Of a DNA stretch of 18,419 nucleotides, positions 7,714-18,411 are shown one piece after another. The stretch covers positions 1 through 18,419 of the forward strand of contig JBHGNT010000650.1 of the NCBI GenBank assembly GCA_043228905.1, written 5' to 3'. The stretch is from Azolla caroliniana (Eukaryota; Plantae; Polypodiophyta). Made by a program: the position numbers and the translations under genes. The notes under the pieces are model-generated. The model searched no databases, was not told the DNA's origin, and saw only the letters and a program-made list of their open reading frames with translations. Position 1 is the first letter of the stretch; every line of letters begins with the position of its first letter.

Positions 7714-10184
7714 TGTAAACTGGTCAGGAAAGGGCAAGTGTTTAATCTGCCTATAACACACATCCATCGACCCCCTATTGATGAAGACCACTTGAGATTA
7801 GAGAGCCACATCGAATGCATGTTCAAAATCTCAAGAAAAAAATGAAAATTAATCCTCATGCTACCGTTGTGCCTTTTATTGTTATGGTGGATCCTGAAGA
7901 ATGTGAAACCATTGAAGATTTTGATATAAGAAAGCATGATCAATATAATTACTTTGTCATTGGTGGATCGCATTCAGCGGAGGCACGTCGGCAACTTGTG
8001 AGAGAACATCCAACGACTTTCTTCTTCAAGTATGTCGAGTGCAAAATTTACTTGGGTCTCACAACTGAAGAGGCAAAGTTGTTGGCATGGGACCACAATA
8101 ACGATAATGACTATAGGTAGAAAATGTCATCGATTGAGCGTATAAGGTTCTTCCACCACGAGTGTTTGGACGTCAAACAAAAGTTTGGTGTGATGCTACA
8201 TCCAAGCCTACGACGTCAATGCTTCCATGAAGTCGGCATTGTGGTAGATGATAATGTTAAGTCCGATGGTCCTCGAAAAATATGAGTCTTGGTTTCAACT
8301 GGCCTTTAGAGATGGAGAAGTATGGGACCTACAAGATCAAATCTTGTCAATGTGGGAGAATAAGGAGGTCAAGGGTCAACGACAAAAGAAATTTAAGGTA
8401 GACCCTCAACTAGAATTAAAGTCACAAGCGGCCAAGAAAATTGACTTGACAATTGAAGAAGCGGCTGACGACATGAAGTTGTCTCTGTGGAGAGCGATGC
8501 AAGGTATTAAGGACGAGCAGCTTCTTGTGTCTGTTTTGTCAAGGGTTGTGGCCAAAGATTTAAGCCTTGAAGAAATGGTCACTCAGTTCAATAAGTAAGT
8601 CTTTCAAATACTGATATTGAAGTCTATATGGTGCAATTGAAATTTCTAATCTCGTTTTCTAATTTCATAGTCATAAGGTGTACATGAAGATCCAAGAAGT
8701 TATGATGAAACAACTTGGATGTATAACTTGGGAACAAGTGACCGAGGATTATCCTCTAACGTCTTCATATAAGGCGTTATCAGAGTATTTTATTCCATTC
8801 AAGGATTGGGTTAGTATTGGTGGTTTTTCATTAAGCTTTCATCATATCTAGAGCTTGTATAATAAAACTTGATGTCCTATTGCTTCTATTAAAAAACGTG
8901 TCATGGCAAGAAACAAGGAGAAGTTAAGGATATATACAATTTCCGGACATCCTTCCTTGCACATCTCGAGAGAGCCAGAAAAGAAAAGGATCGTCGCTTA
9001 GTCAAGGCGTACAAAATGGAGGAAGATAGCTCCTTCAAAAAATTTAGCCACAAAAAAGATATTATGAGAGATCTTTACTACAATGTGGTTTGCGGCGATG
9101 TCGTTGACATGATCCAAAAAGTGCCAAAGAAGGAATATACACTAATGATTGCGGATATTCCTTACGGATTTCGAATGGCAGGGTCATCATACGACGATGA
9201 ACCGTTTAGGTTTAAACAATTGGAGAAGATGGTCAAGGATTTTGCTGAGCTAACAATTGTATCCTTGTGGAGAATAGTTTTCTTTCATAGTATGGACCAA
9301 GGGTACTCGGTAGCTCAAGCTTTGAGATCTCGTTGCCATGGCATCGAGAACCTTGCATGGTAAGGATTATTTATATGTCTCATTCACTATATTGCCTTTC
9401 TTAAGATTGTTCAATCTATTCTTAACTCGATGTAATATTTTTTATAGGATAAAAACCAATGTAAATAGAGGGCCAACTTTTCGGTTCGTTAATGCCATTG
9501 AATACATCACGGTTGGCTACTTCGATGAAATTAAGAAACAAAGAATCAAGGAGCATTCTAATGAAGTGGGAGGTTCAAATATGCCGGTGTATCCAGCAGT
9601 GATACGGAAATTGCAACATGTCACCACGACAGAACGGGGACTTGTCAACCCATACCAAAAACCTCAACAACTTATGATGCGCTTGATCGAGATGTTTTTT
9701 GTCGAAGGAGATTGGATATTAGATCTCTTTTCTGGCACAGGTATTCCTCGAACTAGGGTAACGATCTTGAGATAACCAATACTGAATCTTTTTTGTTTGA
9801 GAACTAATTCTTCTTGTTACTTTCTTCACAGGAACAACGTTTGCATGTGCATTGAAGCTCTTTAGAAACACAGTTGCATTGGAGAAGGACGAGAAGCAGG
9901 TTATATTTATAAACATGAGGATTAAGGCTTTGTGGGGGTGCCCAAACTAGGACGAGGAGGTCGGTGCAAAGAACCTCGCTGATACAGAAAAGTTTCAACC
10001 TGCTTCGCGAGAGCCTATTCCTCCGTTAGCCGGGGAACCAGGGGAGCTAATAGAGCTTGATGATGAGCTTATAGAAGATATTTCATTGGCTCAACTAACA
10101 GGGGAAGCCAATGCACGTATAGCCGAAGAGACTTCTATACAGGATGATGAAGAAAATGACATTGACGATTTGATTGCTGTGTAA
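7714..10184 (+). pseudogene. Intron-containing ParB/Srx-like domain plus beta-class N6-adenine/N4-cytosine DNA methyltransferase fusion (disabled copy)
   Basis: Exons about 7714-8594, 8671-8809, 8893-9359, 9448-9740, 9832-10184. Introns 8595-8670, 8810-8892 (acceptor reads AA), 9360-9447, 9741-9831 all restore frame. Motifs: YFVIGGSHSAEARRQL, CGDVVDMIQKVP, IADIPYG (DIPY 9154-9165), WIKTN, YQKPQQLMMRLIEMF, GDWILDLFSGTGTTFACALKLFRNTVALEKD. Lesions: frameshift near 7785, TAG 8118-8120, extra A at 8280, TAG 9948-9950. True 5' end not found. Confidence 0.88.
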
Positions 10185-10218
10185 TAGACTCTATGAAGAA
10201 AATGACATTGACGATTTG
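10147..10218. repeat. 26-bp exact direct repeat flanking the methyltransferase stop codon
   Basis: ATGAAGAAAATGACATTGACGATTTG at 10147-10172 and 10193-10218. Confidence 0.9.
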
Positions 10219-11090
10219 TTTGGATTTCACATTATTAATACAAATTTTGGGTTTTACTTGGTGGATTCTATTCTTTATAATCTTCTATATGTTTCAATTT
10301 TATTTTTATATACTTAGTTAGTAGACTTATGACATTGGTTTCACCGCGTGCATAGCTGACTACCAAATTTATGGAGAAACATGAATTAGTTTAAATTGAG
10401 GCTGATTTTGGTCCAAGTTTACCTTAACATAACATGGTCATAGAATTGTTGCCATGATTGTCCATGTTGTTATTATGGATCTTTGTCTGCTATTGTTAAA
10501 ACTATTATGTTTCTATTCCATTGCTACTTAGATTGTGTAGTGTGTTGATAATGGTTCCATTAGCGTTATCCACATGTTTTTAAATGCTTGTAGTTGCACT
10601 AACGTTATCGTTTGGAGTTTGATCCCGTGTGAATCACCTAAGCGATAGAGTAGATTAATTTTAAATACAAGTATGAAAGCCTTAATAGGTTTGTTATTTC
10701 CAATCACATTATCCTAAAGTTCACTGTCTTACATTGTCCACAATTATATACATGAACGTATAGGTCAAAGTATAAATTATAACTCATTTTATTAGTATGG
10801 TTACAAGTACACCTCATACTTTTGTAAAACTTACCAAATTAATATAAGTCTTTAACTTAGTGTTTCCCATGTCACACATTAATGACATATTGAACCATTG
10901 TTGAACTTTATTATGCCTACATTAACTTATTAACATGTCCAAACTTGCATGATTTCTAATGATCTCCACTCGTAGACCTATCATGTATTTTTATATTTGC
11001 AAATTCTAGTCAAGTTGTGGAATATGTGATACTAGTGCATCCAATTTTTGTAGAGAGGAGGGTGTATTTGGATAGTTTCAAGAAGATTCT

Positions 11091-11120
11091 ACAAGTGGAA
11101 TGTGCAATCCTTCCACTTGT
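11091..11120. other. Perfect 10-bp inverted repeat with 10-nt loop
   Basis: ACAAGTGGAA-TGTGCAATCC-TTCCACTTGT. Confidence 0.85.
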
Positions 11121-11135
11121 GAATGTGAACGTGTT

Positions 11136-11501
11136 AGTATACAACTAGCCCGAAATCCGGTCTTCCATGCCCGAACGTAGCATATTGAGGTGCACTACCA
11201 CTATGTTCGGGAGTGTATCATCGGGGGAGACATCGATCTTCAACATGTCGGCACTGACCATGAAACGATTAATATCTTTAGCAAAGCGCTTGGAGCAGAC
11301 AAGCTTCAACAATTTTTGATGGTGCTTGGCCCTTCGGCCACTCGACATCTCAAGCTTGAGGGGGAGGGAAGCCAGACAAGAACCGAGATGAGTCGGAAGC
11401 CAAAAGCAATGGAACCCAGAACCAACAAGTGTCGAAAACTGACAAGGGCGACGCCGAAAGCCGAACTAAAAGTTGGACAACACACTTGAGCTTAAGGGGG
11501 G
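11136..11501 (+). mobile_element. Second Ty1/copia 3' fragment: RNase H end, short tail and polypurine tract
   Basis: SIQLARNPVFHART*HIEVHYHYVRE...INIFSKALGADKLQQF; AAGGGGGG (11494-11501) directly followed by TGTTGA. Confidence 0.9.
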
Positions 11502-11891
11502 TGTTGACACATCAAGCTCAACTAGTTTAGTCAACCGTGTAACTTAATACTTACATAAATAGGATTTAGTTAATGTGTTGACTATAAAGTCTTAAATAAG
11601 ATTTTTTTACTTGTACTTAAGTGAGATACATTCTAGATCCCCCACTTCCAAGTTCATTTAATAGAGGACTTCCACCCTTGTACCTATATTCTCCTCTCAC
11701 GTGTGCACCATTGCACATGCGATGTATACGTATCCCATTGTGGGTATTTTTGTAACTTGATGCTTATTATTATAGAGCCTTGCTCTTGTTAATCATCCCC
11801 CATTTTGTCATATTGTTCATAAGCGTACTTTCTCTCTCTCTCTCTCTCTCTCATTTAACTTCCTTTTTCTCTCACACACACACATATCACA
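11502..11891 (+). repeat. Putative 3' LTR of the second copia element
   Basis: Starts TGTTGACAC right after the PPT; includes a (CT)n tract at about 11831-11852; right end ...ATATCACA at 11891 is a best guess. Confidence 0.55.
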
Positions 11892-12048
11892 TAGTCTTCC
11901 GTTGCTTAATCACATACGTGATTAACTAATAGTTAATTACCTAATTATTTACAGATAATTAATCATAGTTTTGCTTTGATATCTCTTGTCCCAACTATGT
12001 TTTGAGGACTTTTTGAGACGCCCATGGTTTATAGTTGTCACACATGTG

Positions 12049-12138
12049 ACCACCTTATATGCAGTATATAGTATAAGGTCCATGATCCATCCATACAATA
12101 ACCACCTTATATGCAATATATAGTATAAGGTTCATCAT
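12049..12138. repeat. Two copies (52-bp spacing) of a 38-bp unit, each with an internal inverted repeat
   Basis: ACCACCTTATATGCARTATATAGTATAAGGTYCATSAT at 12049 and 12101; ACCTTATA...TATAAGGT pairs within each copy. Confidence 0.85.
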
Positions 12139-12510
12139 TACCATCACGATTTATCTAGAGATGAGGGGATCCCATGGTGCATTAGGGATAGGGTATCATA
12201 TCATATTCCATCCATTTTAAATTTTATTTAATCTACGAAAAAATAAAACAGAAACAATGTATTTATGTATGTATGTGTACGACTCCTTCCGTATTTCCAT
12301 CCAAGCCTTCTTTTACTGCTGGAACTAACTAAACCATCTCCTTGCTTCGTGATCTACATCTGTAGGTAGATTCTGTGGAGTATTGCGATAATTACAGACA
12401 AACTTATCATCTAACGTCGGTATTATTTACAATTATTTATTGTAGCGCCTTTTTATCCGTTGGAAGACCCAGACATCATTATTTGGCTTACCTTAAAGCA
12501 GGGCCTCTTC

Positions 12511-15195
12511 ATGAGAGGGTCTGAAATCGTTGCCAATAGACTGAGAATCAGAAAGCAACCCATCATTCTTTCTTCATCAAAGACAATATCCCAACACAAC
12601 TCACAATGTATAGATTGCTTCCCACAAGATGCTTCTACTTGTGCCTCTGCTATACAATGGTGTGGAGAGACACATGCTCTTTCTCTTGGCCACATCATCT
12701 ACGCTCACATACTTTCCCATAGCTACATACATGGCCATGTCCACATGGAAAGCCTCCTCATGAACATGTATGTGAAATGTGGCTCAATCCAGGATGCCAT
12801 ATGCATCTTCCATCACATGCATCATCCATGTGTATTTGCATTCAATTACACAATTAAGATTTATGCAAATCAAGGTAAAGAAGAAAAAGCTTTTACTCTC
12901 TTTAATCGAATGTCAGAGTGCGGGGTTTCCCCAAATCAGGTAACATATACTGCTATCCTTTCTATGCTATCTAAGATCAAAGATGGTGTTCAAGCAGGCA
13001 AGAAGTTGCATATATACATAATCTATGGCAGCTTCAACAATGACGTTATCTTAAGGACGTCCCTTCTTAACATGTATGGTAAATGTGATAGCTTATGTGA
13101 TGCGGAGAAGGTGTTCGATGCAATGATAGAGCAAAATCTGGTCACATGGACCACCTTGATTTCATTGTATATATATCATGGTGAGAGAAACAGGGCATTC
13201 CAAGCACTTTCTCAACTTTTTCATCAAGGACTTTTGCCAAATCGGGTTAGTTTTCTTACTATTCTTTCTGCATGTAAGGATCCTATGTGTTTACCTGATG
13301 GCAAAAGGGTGCATGCCACCATAGTTTGTAATGAAGCTCATCAAGATATTAGCATCATGAATGCTCTTGTTAACATGTACGGGAAATGTGGTACTCTTGA
13401 GGACACACGCAGGTTTTTTGATGCAATGCACACATATGATATTATCTCGTATAGTAGCATGATTGCCTTCTATTCCCGACAATATAATATCAGGGAAGTC
13501 ATAATGCTTTCTGAGGGCATGCAAATACATGAGATCACACCCAATGATGTGACTTTTATCAATATTTTGGGTGCATTTTCTAGCCATGAAGTGTTGGAGG
13601 AAGCTAGACTAGTCCACATACAAATCCAATGCTATGGATATGAGGTCCATATGAGTGTGGCAAATGCCATTATAGCAATGTATGGTAGGTGTTGGAGGTT
13701 AGAAGATGCTTACAATGTTTTTGATAAAATACTATACAAGGATGTGGCCTCATGGAATTCTATTATTGGTGCTCATGTTGAGCAAAAGCAGATTGAAGTA
13801 GCTTTGAGATTGTTTGAAGAAATGCAAAACAAGAAGGGTATTTTTCCAGACGTTTTTACATTCATAAGTCTTCTCAAAGCATGCACAGCCTCCCTAGCTT
13901 CGGAGAATGCAATGTTATTACATGTTTGTATTTGTGAGGATGGGTTAGAGCACTCTCTAGATATCAACACTTCGCTTATTCATGCGTATAGTAAGTGTAA
14001 TGGCTTACAAGATGCACAAAAAGTATTTGATAGAATGGTGAAGCATAACAAAGTATCCTGGAACTCTATAATTGGTGCTTATGTCTATCATGGAAAACAC
14101 GAAGTGGCACATCGTTTGTTCTTTAGAATGATTGATGAGGAAGGAAAATTCCCAGATAAAGTAACAATTGTGAACATCCTTGGTGCTATTGTGAGGTCAG
14201 AAACCCTATTTGAAGGCAAAGAGCTCCACAAGTTCCTACTTGATCATGGTTACACCATAGATGAAGTTATGGGATCTTCACTTATTAACATGTATGGAAA
14301 ATGTGGAGACATAGGAGGTGCTAAGGATGTCTTTGACAATATAAAGGAACAGGCAACAGTGGTTTCTTGGACTTCTATGATAAGGGTATATGTAGAGCAT
14401 GAGCAAGGTGAGAAAGCACTACAATTATTTAGCCAAATGATAGCAGAAAAAACACATCTAATACCAGATGCTGTTACTTTTATTACAATCCTAGCTGCAT
14501 GTGCAAATCAAAGCTCCTTAGATGATGGAAAGTGTGTTCATGCTTGTATTCTTGAGTGTGGCCTTGATAGTGTTATAGATGTGAGCAATGCTATTGTTAA
14601 CATGTATGGTAAGTGTGGTTGTGTGAAGAGTGCATGGATGATGTTCGATACATTGCATGAGCATGACATTTGCTCATGGAACTCTTTACTCGCAGTTTAT
14701 GCTCAACATGGTTTCGGGAAAGAAGTCATTCATCTTGTAAGCATAATGGAGGAAAGACATGTGCGACCAGATAAGTTTACCTTTACCATAGTGCTCTCTG
14801 CTTGTAGTCATGGAGGCTTGATCCATGAAGGATGTAAATATTTCACAAGAATGATTGAAGTATGTTATAGCAATATGCACCCTTGTGAAGATCATTTTGT
14901 ATGTATGATAGATCTTCTAGGAAGAGCTGGTCTTGCAGATGTTGCTAGACAGTTGGTGGTCCATTACCTACCATTTCAACCTACAGTTGTGGCTTATACA
15001 ACGTTTCTTGGGGCTTGCCAACTAGATGACGAGGGTGCGGTAGTACAAGGAGTTTTTCTTGCAAAATACATCATTGAGCTCAAACCGCAAACTTCAGCTT
15101 CATATATCATTCTATCAAACATGTATTCTTTGATGGAGAGTATATCTTGTAAAGATGGTAGTTGTTGTCAAGCCCCAACTCTATGGGGGTTTTGA
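12511..15195 (+). CDS. PLS-class pentatricopeptide repeat protein with E domain, no DYW (likely organellar RNA-editing specificity factor), 894 aa from first ATG
   Basis: Uninterrupted ORF (track start 12460 is TTG; first ATG 12511) with repeated LxNMYGKCG...A..VFD.M...DVVSWN and PD.VTF...L.AC triplets, ending HFVCMIDLLGRAG, PFQPTVVAYTTFLGAC, SASYIILSNMY. Confidence 0.96.
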   Translation: MRGSEIVANRLRIRKQPIILSSSKTISQHNSQCIDCFPQDASTCASAIQWCGETHALSLGHIIYAHILSHSYIHGHVHMESLLMNMYVKCGSIQDAICIFHHMHHPCVFAFNYTIKIYANQGKEEKAFTLFNRMSECGVSPNQVTYTAILSMLSKIKDGVQAGKKLHIYIIYGSFNNDVILRTSLLNMYGKCDSLCDAEKVFDAMIEQNLVTWTTLISLYIYHGERNRAFQALSQLFHQGLLPNRVSFLTILSACKDPMCLPDGKRVHATIVCNEAHQDISIMNALVNMYGKCGTLEDTRRFFDAMHTYDIISYSSMIAFYSRQYNIREVIMLSEGMQIHEITPNDVTFINILGAFSSHEVLEEARLVHIQIQCYGYEVHMSVANAIIAMYGRCWRLEDAYNVFDKILYKDVASWNSIIGAHVEQKQIEVALRLFEEMQNKKGIFPDVFTFISLLKACTASLASENAMLLHVCICEDGLEHSLDINTSLIHAYSKCNGLQDAQKVFDRMVKHNKVSWNSIIGAYVYHGKHEVAHRLFFRMIDEEGKFPDKVTIVNILGAIVRSETLFEGKELHKFLLDHGYTIDEVMGSSLINMYGKCGDIGGAKDVFDNIKEQATVVSWTSMIRVYVEHEQGEKALQLFSQMIAEKTHLIPDAVTFITILAACANQSSLDDGKCVHACILECGLDSVIDVSNAIVNMYGKCGCVKSAWMMFDTLHEHDICSWNSLLAVYAQHGFGKEVIHLVSIMEERHVRPDKFTFTIVLSACSHGGLIHEGCKYFTRMIEVCYSNMHPCEDHFVCMIDLLGRAGLADVARQLVVHYLPFQPTVVAYTTFLGACQLDDEGAVVQGVFLAKYIIELKPQTSASYIILSNMYSLMESISCKDGSCCQAPTLWGF

Positions 15196-15675
15196 ATTGC
15201 ACTCAAACATGGTTCGGAATAAGACAATGGGGACAAAAAATGTATCATGTTTATTATATAAGTAAACGAGATTACATTGAGAAGGTTATTACACTCTCCT
15301 TAGAGCCCAAAATGATGAGTGGGAGAGAATGTGAGAGAAATAGACAATTAGAGAATCAGAGAATTAGTTACAAAATGAGGAATGCTCCTCCTTATGTAGG
15401 CTAAATATGGTCGTTGGGACTAACCGTTGTTGTATAGTCCCTTGAGGCTGCCCGTTGTTATTGGGTTGTCCCAACCCAAGGGGCTGCCTTTTTTGGGACC
15501 AGGACTAATGAATGAGTTGGGATTGCTTAGGGCAATCCCAACTTTGGTTGGGACTACTTGGGAAGTTGAAAATGTCCCAATCTTGGTTGGGACTAGTCGG
15601 GATTGGCCCCTTTGGTGAGTCCCGCCCTCTTGTAGTGCAGGGTTTAGGGTTTAGGACGCCCTAAAGCTACCCACA
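15166..15675 (-). mobile_element. Probable LTR (solo or chimeric) between the PPR 3' end and a LINE fragment
   Basis: Begins TGTCAAG like the LTR at 16834, ends ...CCCACA at 15675 where LINE-like coding begins; repeated TTGGGAC(T) motifs; no target-site duplication found. Confidence 0.45.
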
Positions 15676-16833
15676 TGATTAACTCCTTTCGAGTGGCCCC
15701 ATGCCCTATTAGTGTAGACCATTGCTTCCTATACTTTGAGCCACAATGCGGCACCTCCAGCGCCACCAACTCTAGTCAACCAAACCATCACACCACAATA
15801 CATTTCACGCATGAGCTCTCTAACATCTACTCCCGACATGTTCAAGTCGATCTCTCCTCGCTAATTCTTCCCTACCTTTAGAGAACCTCACTACATAACT
15901 CACACACATACTTCACTTGGCAACAATTAGTAGCTTCCCCTACACAAAACACTCCAATCACAGTAGTATAGGGTCTATGCCACATAATAGGTGGTAAGAT
16001 GAGGATTGTAGAGACTTGTATAGACAACTTAAAGGGCTGCGACTTAGTGGTACTATTTCCTCAGTACAGGCTCGTAAAGAGATGCGCAAGTTGAGCTTGG
16101 GAAGCATCTCAATATTGGGAACTCTACCACATGCTCATGAGTAGGGACTATGCCCTTGCTTGGAAGAGACTACGGGAACCGAGACCACAAACACCCATCG
16201 AGGATCCCAACACTTGGCACACATATACAGAGAGACTCCACCACGTCCCGAACTAACCACCCATTCCAATGCCTTCCACACCTCGACCTACCATGGGGAA
16301 CCTTTCCACGACCTCCACGGTCACGAAGGTCATAAAAAAACTACAACATAGAAAATCCATGGACCACACAGGATTGCGAGCCGAACACATCATATATGCT
16401 CGAGAGTGCCTAGCCCCGTTTCTCACTCTAATCTTCAACCGCGCCCTCGCGGAAGGTTTTCACCACAATGGACCATGAACACAGTGGCCCCTATACACAA
16501 AGGAGGGGACCCAATGGACCCAAATACATATAGGACCATTATGATTGGTCATACGCACGTTAAACTATACGGTGTAGCAAGTAAGCAGAGCTCAACAATT
16601 ATATGGAAACCTCAAGTCTCCGAGCACTTACGTAGGTTGGCTTTAGACAAGCCTTCTCCACTATTGACCATATCTTCACACTTAGATGCTCAATTGTCAA
16701 GACAGGCTCGCAAGAAGAAACTATATTGTTGCTTTACGGACTTCCACAAAGCCTATGACATAGTTTCTAGGGAGCGGTTTTTTGATAGGCTTAAAAGCTT
16801 GGAGATACCAAATGACATGATCTGGGTCATCTA
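15676..16833 (+). mobile_element. Decayed non-LTR (LINE) ORF2 fragment: end of AP endonuclease, linker, N-terminal RT motifs
   Basis: PISVDHCFLYF (SDH-like end of APE), KSMDHTGLRAEH, LTLIFNRAL, WTMNTVAPIHKGGDPMDPNTYRTI, YCCFTDFHKAYDIVSRE; frameshifted; cut at 16833 by the next element. Confidence 0.9.
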
Positions 16834-17124
16834 TGTCAAGGCCCTAGCTTGACAAAAGAAGATTGAACAAGAGAGGAAAAGAAAGAGAGAACAATGACTA
16901 CATTTTATTATAATAAGAAAAATACAAGAGCAAGAGCTAGAATATTTGCCAAAGACTGGTGTTAAACCAGAATGGTTTGAACAATACAATATGTCCTATT
17001 TATACAGGAGTAGTATGTGCCCCTTAGATGTTTGTAGGGTCATGATACCCTTTGGGATGTCGTAGGGTCATGATACCCTTTCGGATATTGAAGGGTCATG
17101 GTTCTCATCCCTTTTCCTATTACA
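16834..17124 (-). repeat. Probable 3' LTR (about 291 bp) of a minus-strand LTR element inserted in the LINE RT
   Basis: Minus strand TGTAATAGG...CCTTGACA with imperfect inverted ends; TATAAATAGG at about 16996-17005; two and a half copies of AGGGTCATGATACCCT at about 17035-17100. Confidence 0.6.
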
Positions 17125-18411
17125 TACTTTGGCCACCACTGGCCAACAGTGACGATGCTTTCCTCGTCCATTTTGTAAAAGTTGTCGTAGGCCTTTTTCT
17201 AGTTTTCGGCATCCGCTCGAAGAACTTGCAATTCTGCCGCTTGCTGCAACCAATGAATTCACCATTCGATCATAGATGTTGTCAATATTCCTCTTCGTTC
17301 CTTCTTTCCATGCCACTAAGATTGCTCGGATCCTGCCTACTCCCAGCTTCGTGCTATCTTCCGCCCTTTGCTTCTCCTCTTTCAGCTTCTTAATCAATGC
17401 AACGGTAGCCCGGGCCTGCTCCCCATATTCAAGCAATTGGGTCTGATAAGTCGTCTGAACCCTATCCAGAGCCATTTTTTCTCGTTCAACCTCCTTTTAA
17501 TGTTGCCGGGTGAGTGCCGTCCTTTCTCTTGCCACTTCCTCTAGCAGCATCGCCGACTCGACCACCTTTGTCAGTTCCTCTGCCAAAGCATCCGTTTTCT
17601 TTACTACATCAGCCCGTAGTTCCTTGATCTTCTCTTACTACTGGTCACACTTTGTGATTAACTTCTTATGCTCCGCATCAAGTTGTTTGTGATCCCGGTG
17701 CAGCTTCTCAAAACCTTATGTTTTCTGCTTTAACTTCCGGTTGATTTGCCCATGTGCGCGGTCCTCCCTGTCCTTTTGTTGCTAGAGCTCCACCTTGAGT
17801 CGTTCGATTTCCGTTTTTGCAGTATGCTGGAGTTTCTCCTTTTCTTGAAGTAGTTTTTCTCTTTCTTCTTTTAGCCGGTAGTTGTTAGCCTGACTTTTCC
17901 AGAGGGTTTCTTCAATCCTCCTCTTCTCCTCCTCGGTTGTCATCTTTTACTCCCTTTCTCTACCTCGTAGGGCCTCTTGTGCCGCCAATTCCTCTTTCAA
18001 GGTGGCTATTTCTTGTTCATGCTCATTATTATTTATTGGTGATGTGCTAGCCACCAGTTCTTCGGGTACTTTAGCCGGTGCTACCGGCTCTAGGGTTGTA
18101 TTTGTCCCTGTTTGGGCCATACCTACCGCTTGTTCCTTGGCCTTCTCCAACTCTTCCTCTAAGCTCCGGATCCATGTCCGGGCATGTTTTAATTCTTCTG
18201 TCGTGGCTAGCAACCGATCCAATTGCATCCTCTCTTCTTGTTGGACATCCGGTTCACAACTCCCGACACCTACTCCCCCAGCCATCTCAACCATTGTCGG
18301 CACGTTCCGTATTGTGTTGGAAGAAAGAATGGTTGTCCATGCTCCATTGTTGGTTCGTGCTCTGTTCTGAACCATTGGATTAGTGGCACCGATGTTCGCT
18401 CCGGACGGCAT
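17068..18411 (-). pseudogene. Decayed long coiled-coil ORF inside the right-hand LTR element
   Basis: ORFs 17947..18411 and 17068..17475 are in one frame; the 157 codons between them still read as E/K/Q/L-rich helix (EEEKRRIEETLWKSQANNYRLKEEREKLLQEKEKLQ...) with scattered stops. Confidence 0.7.

Noticed and set aside
7894-7912. Second hammerhead-like CTGAAGA...GAAAC
   Set aside because: No stem II or stem I can form; it is coding sequence (PEECET).
7714-10184. Bacterial contamination or a functional restriction-modification system
   Set aside because: Frame-restoring spliceosomal introns and plant flanks; no endonuclease partner; this copy is disabled.
15100-15404. DYW deaminase domain after the PPR
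   Set aside because: No PG box, HxE or CxxC motifs recognised downstream.
15639-15655. Telomeric repeat AGGGTTTAGGGTTTAGG
   Set aside because: Only about 2.5 units inside an LTR-like segment; at most telo-boxes, not a telomere remnant.
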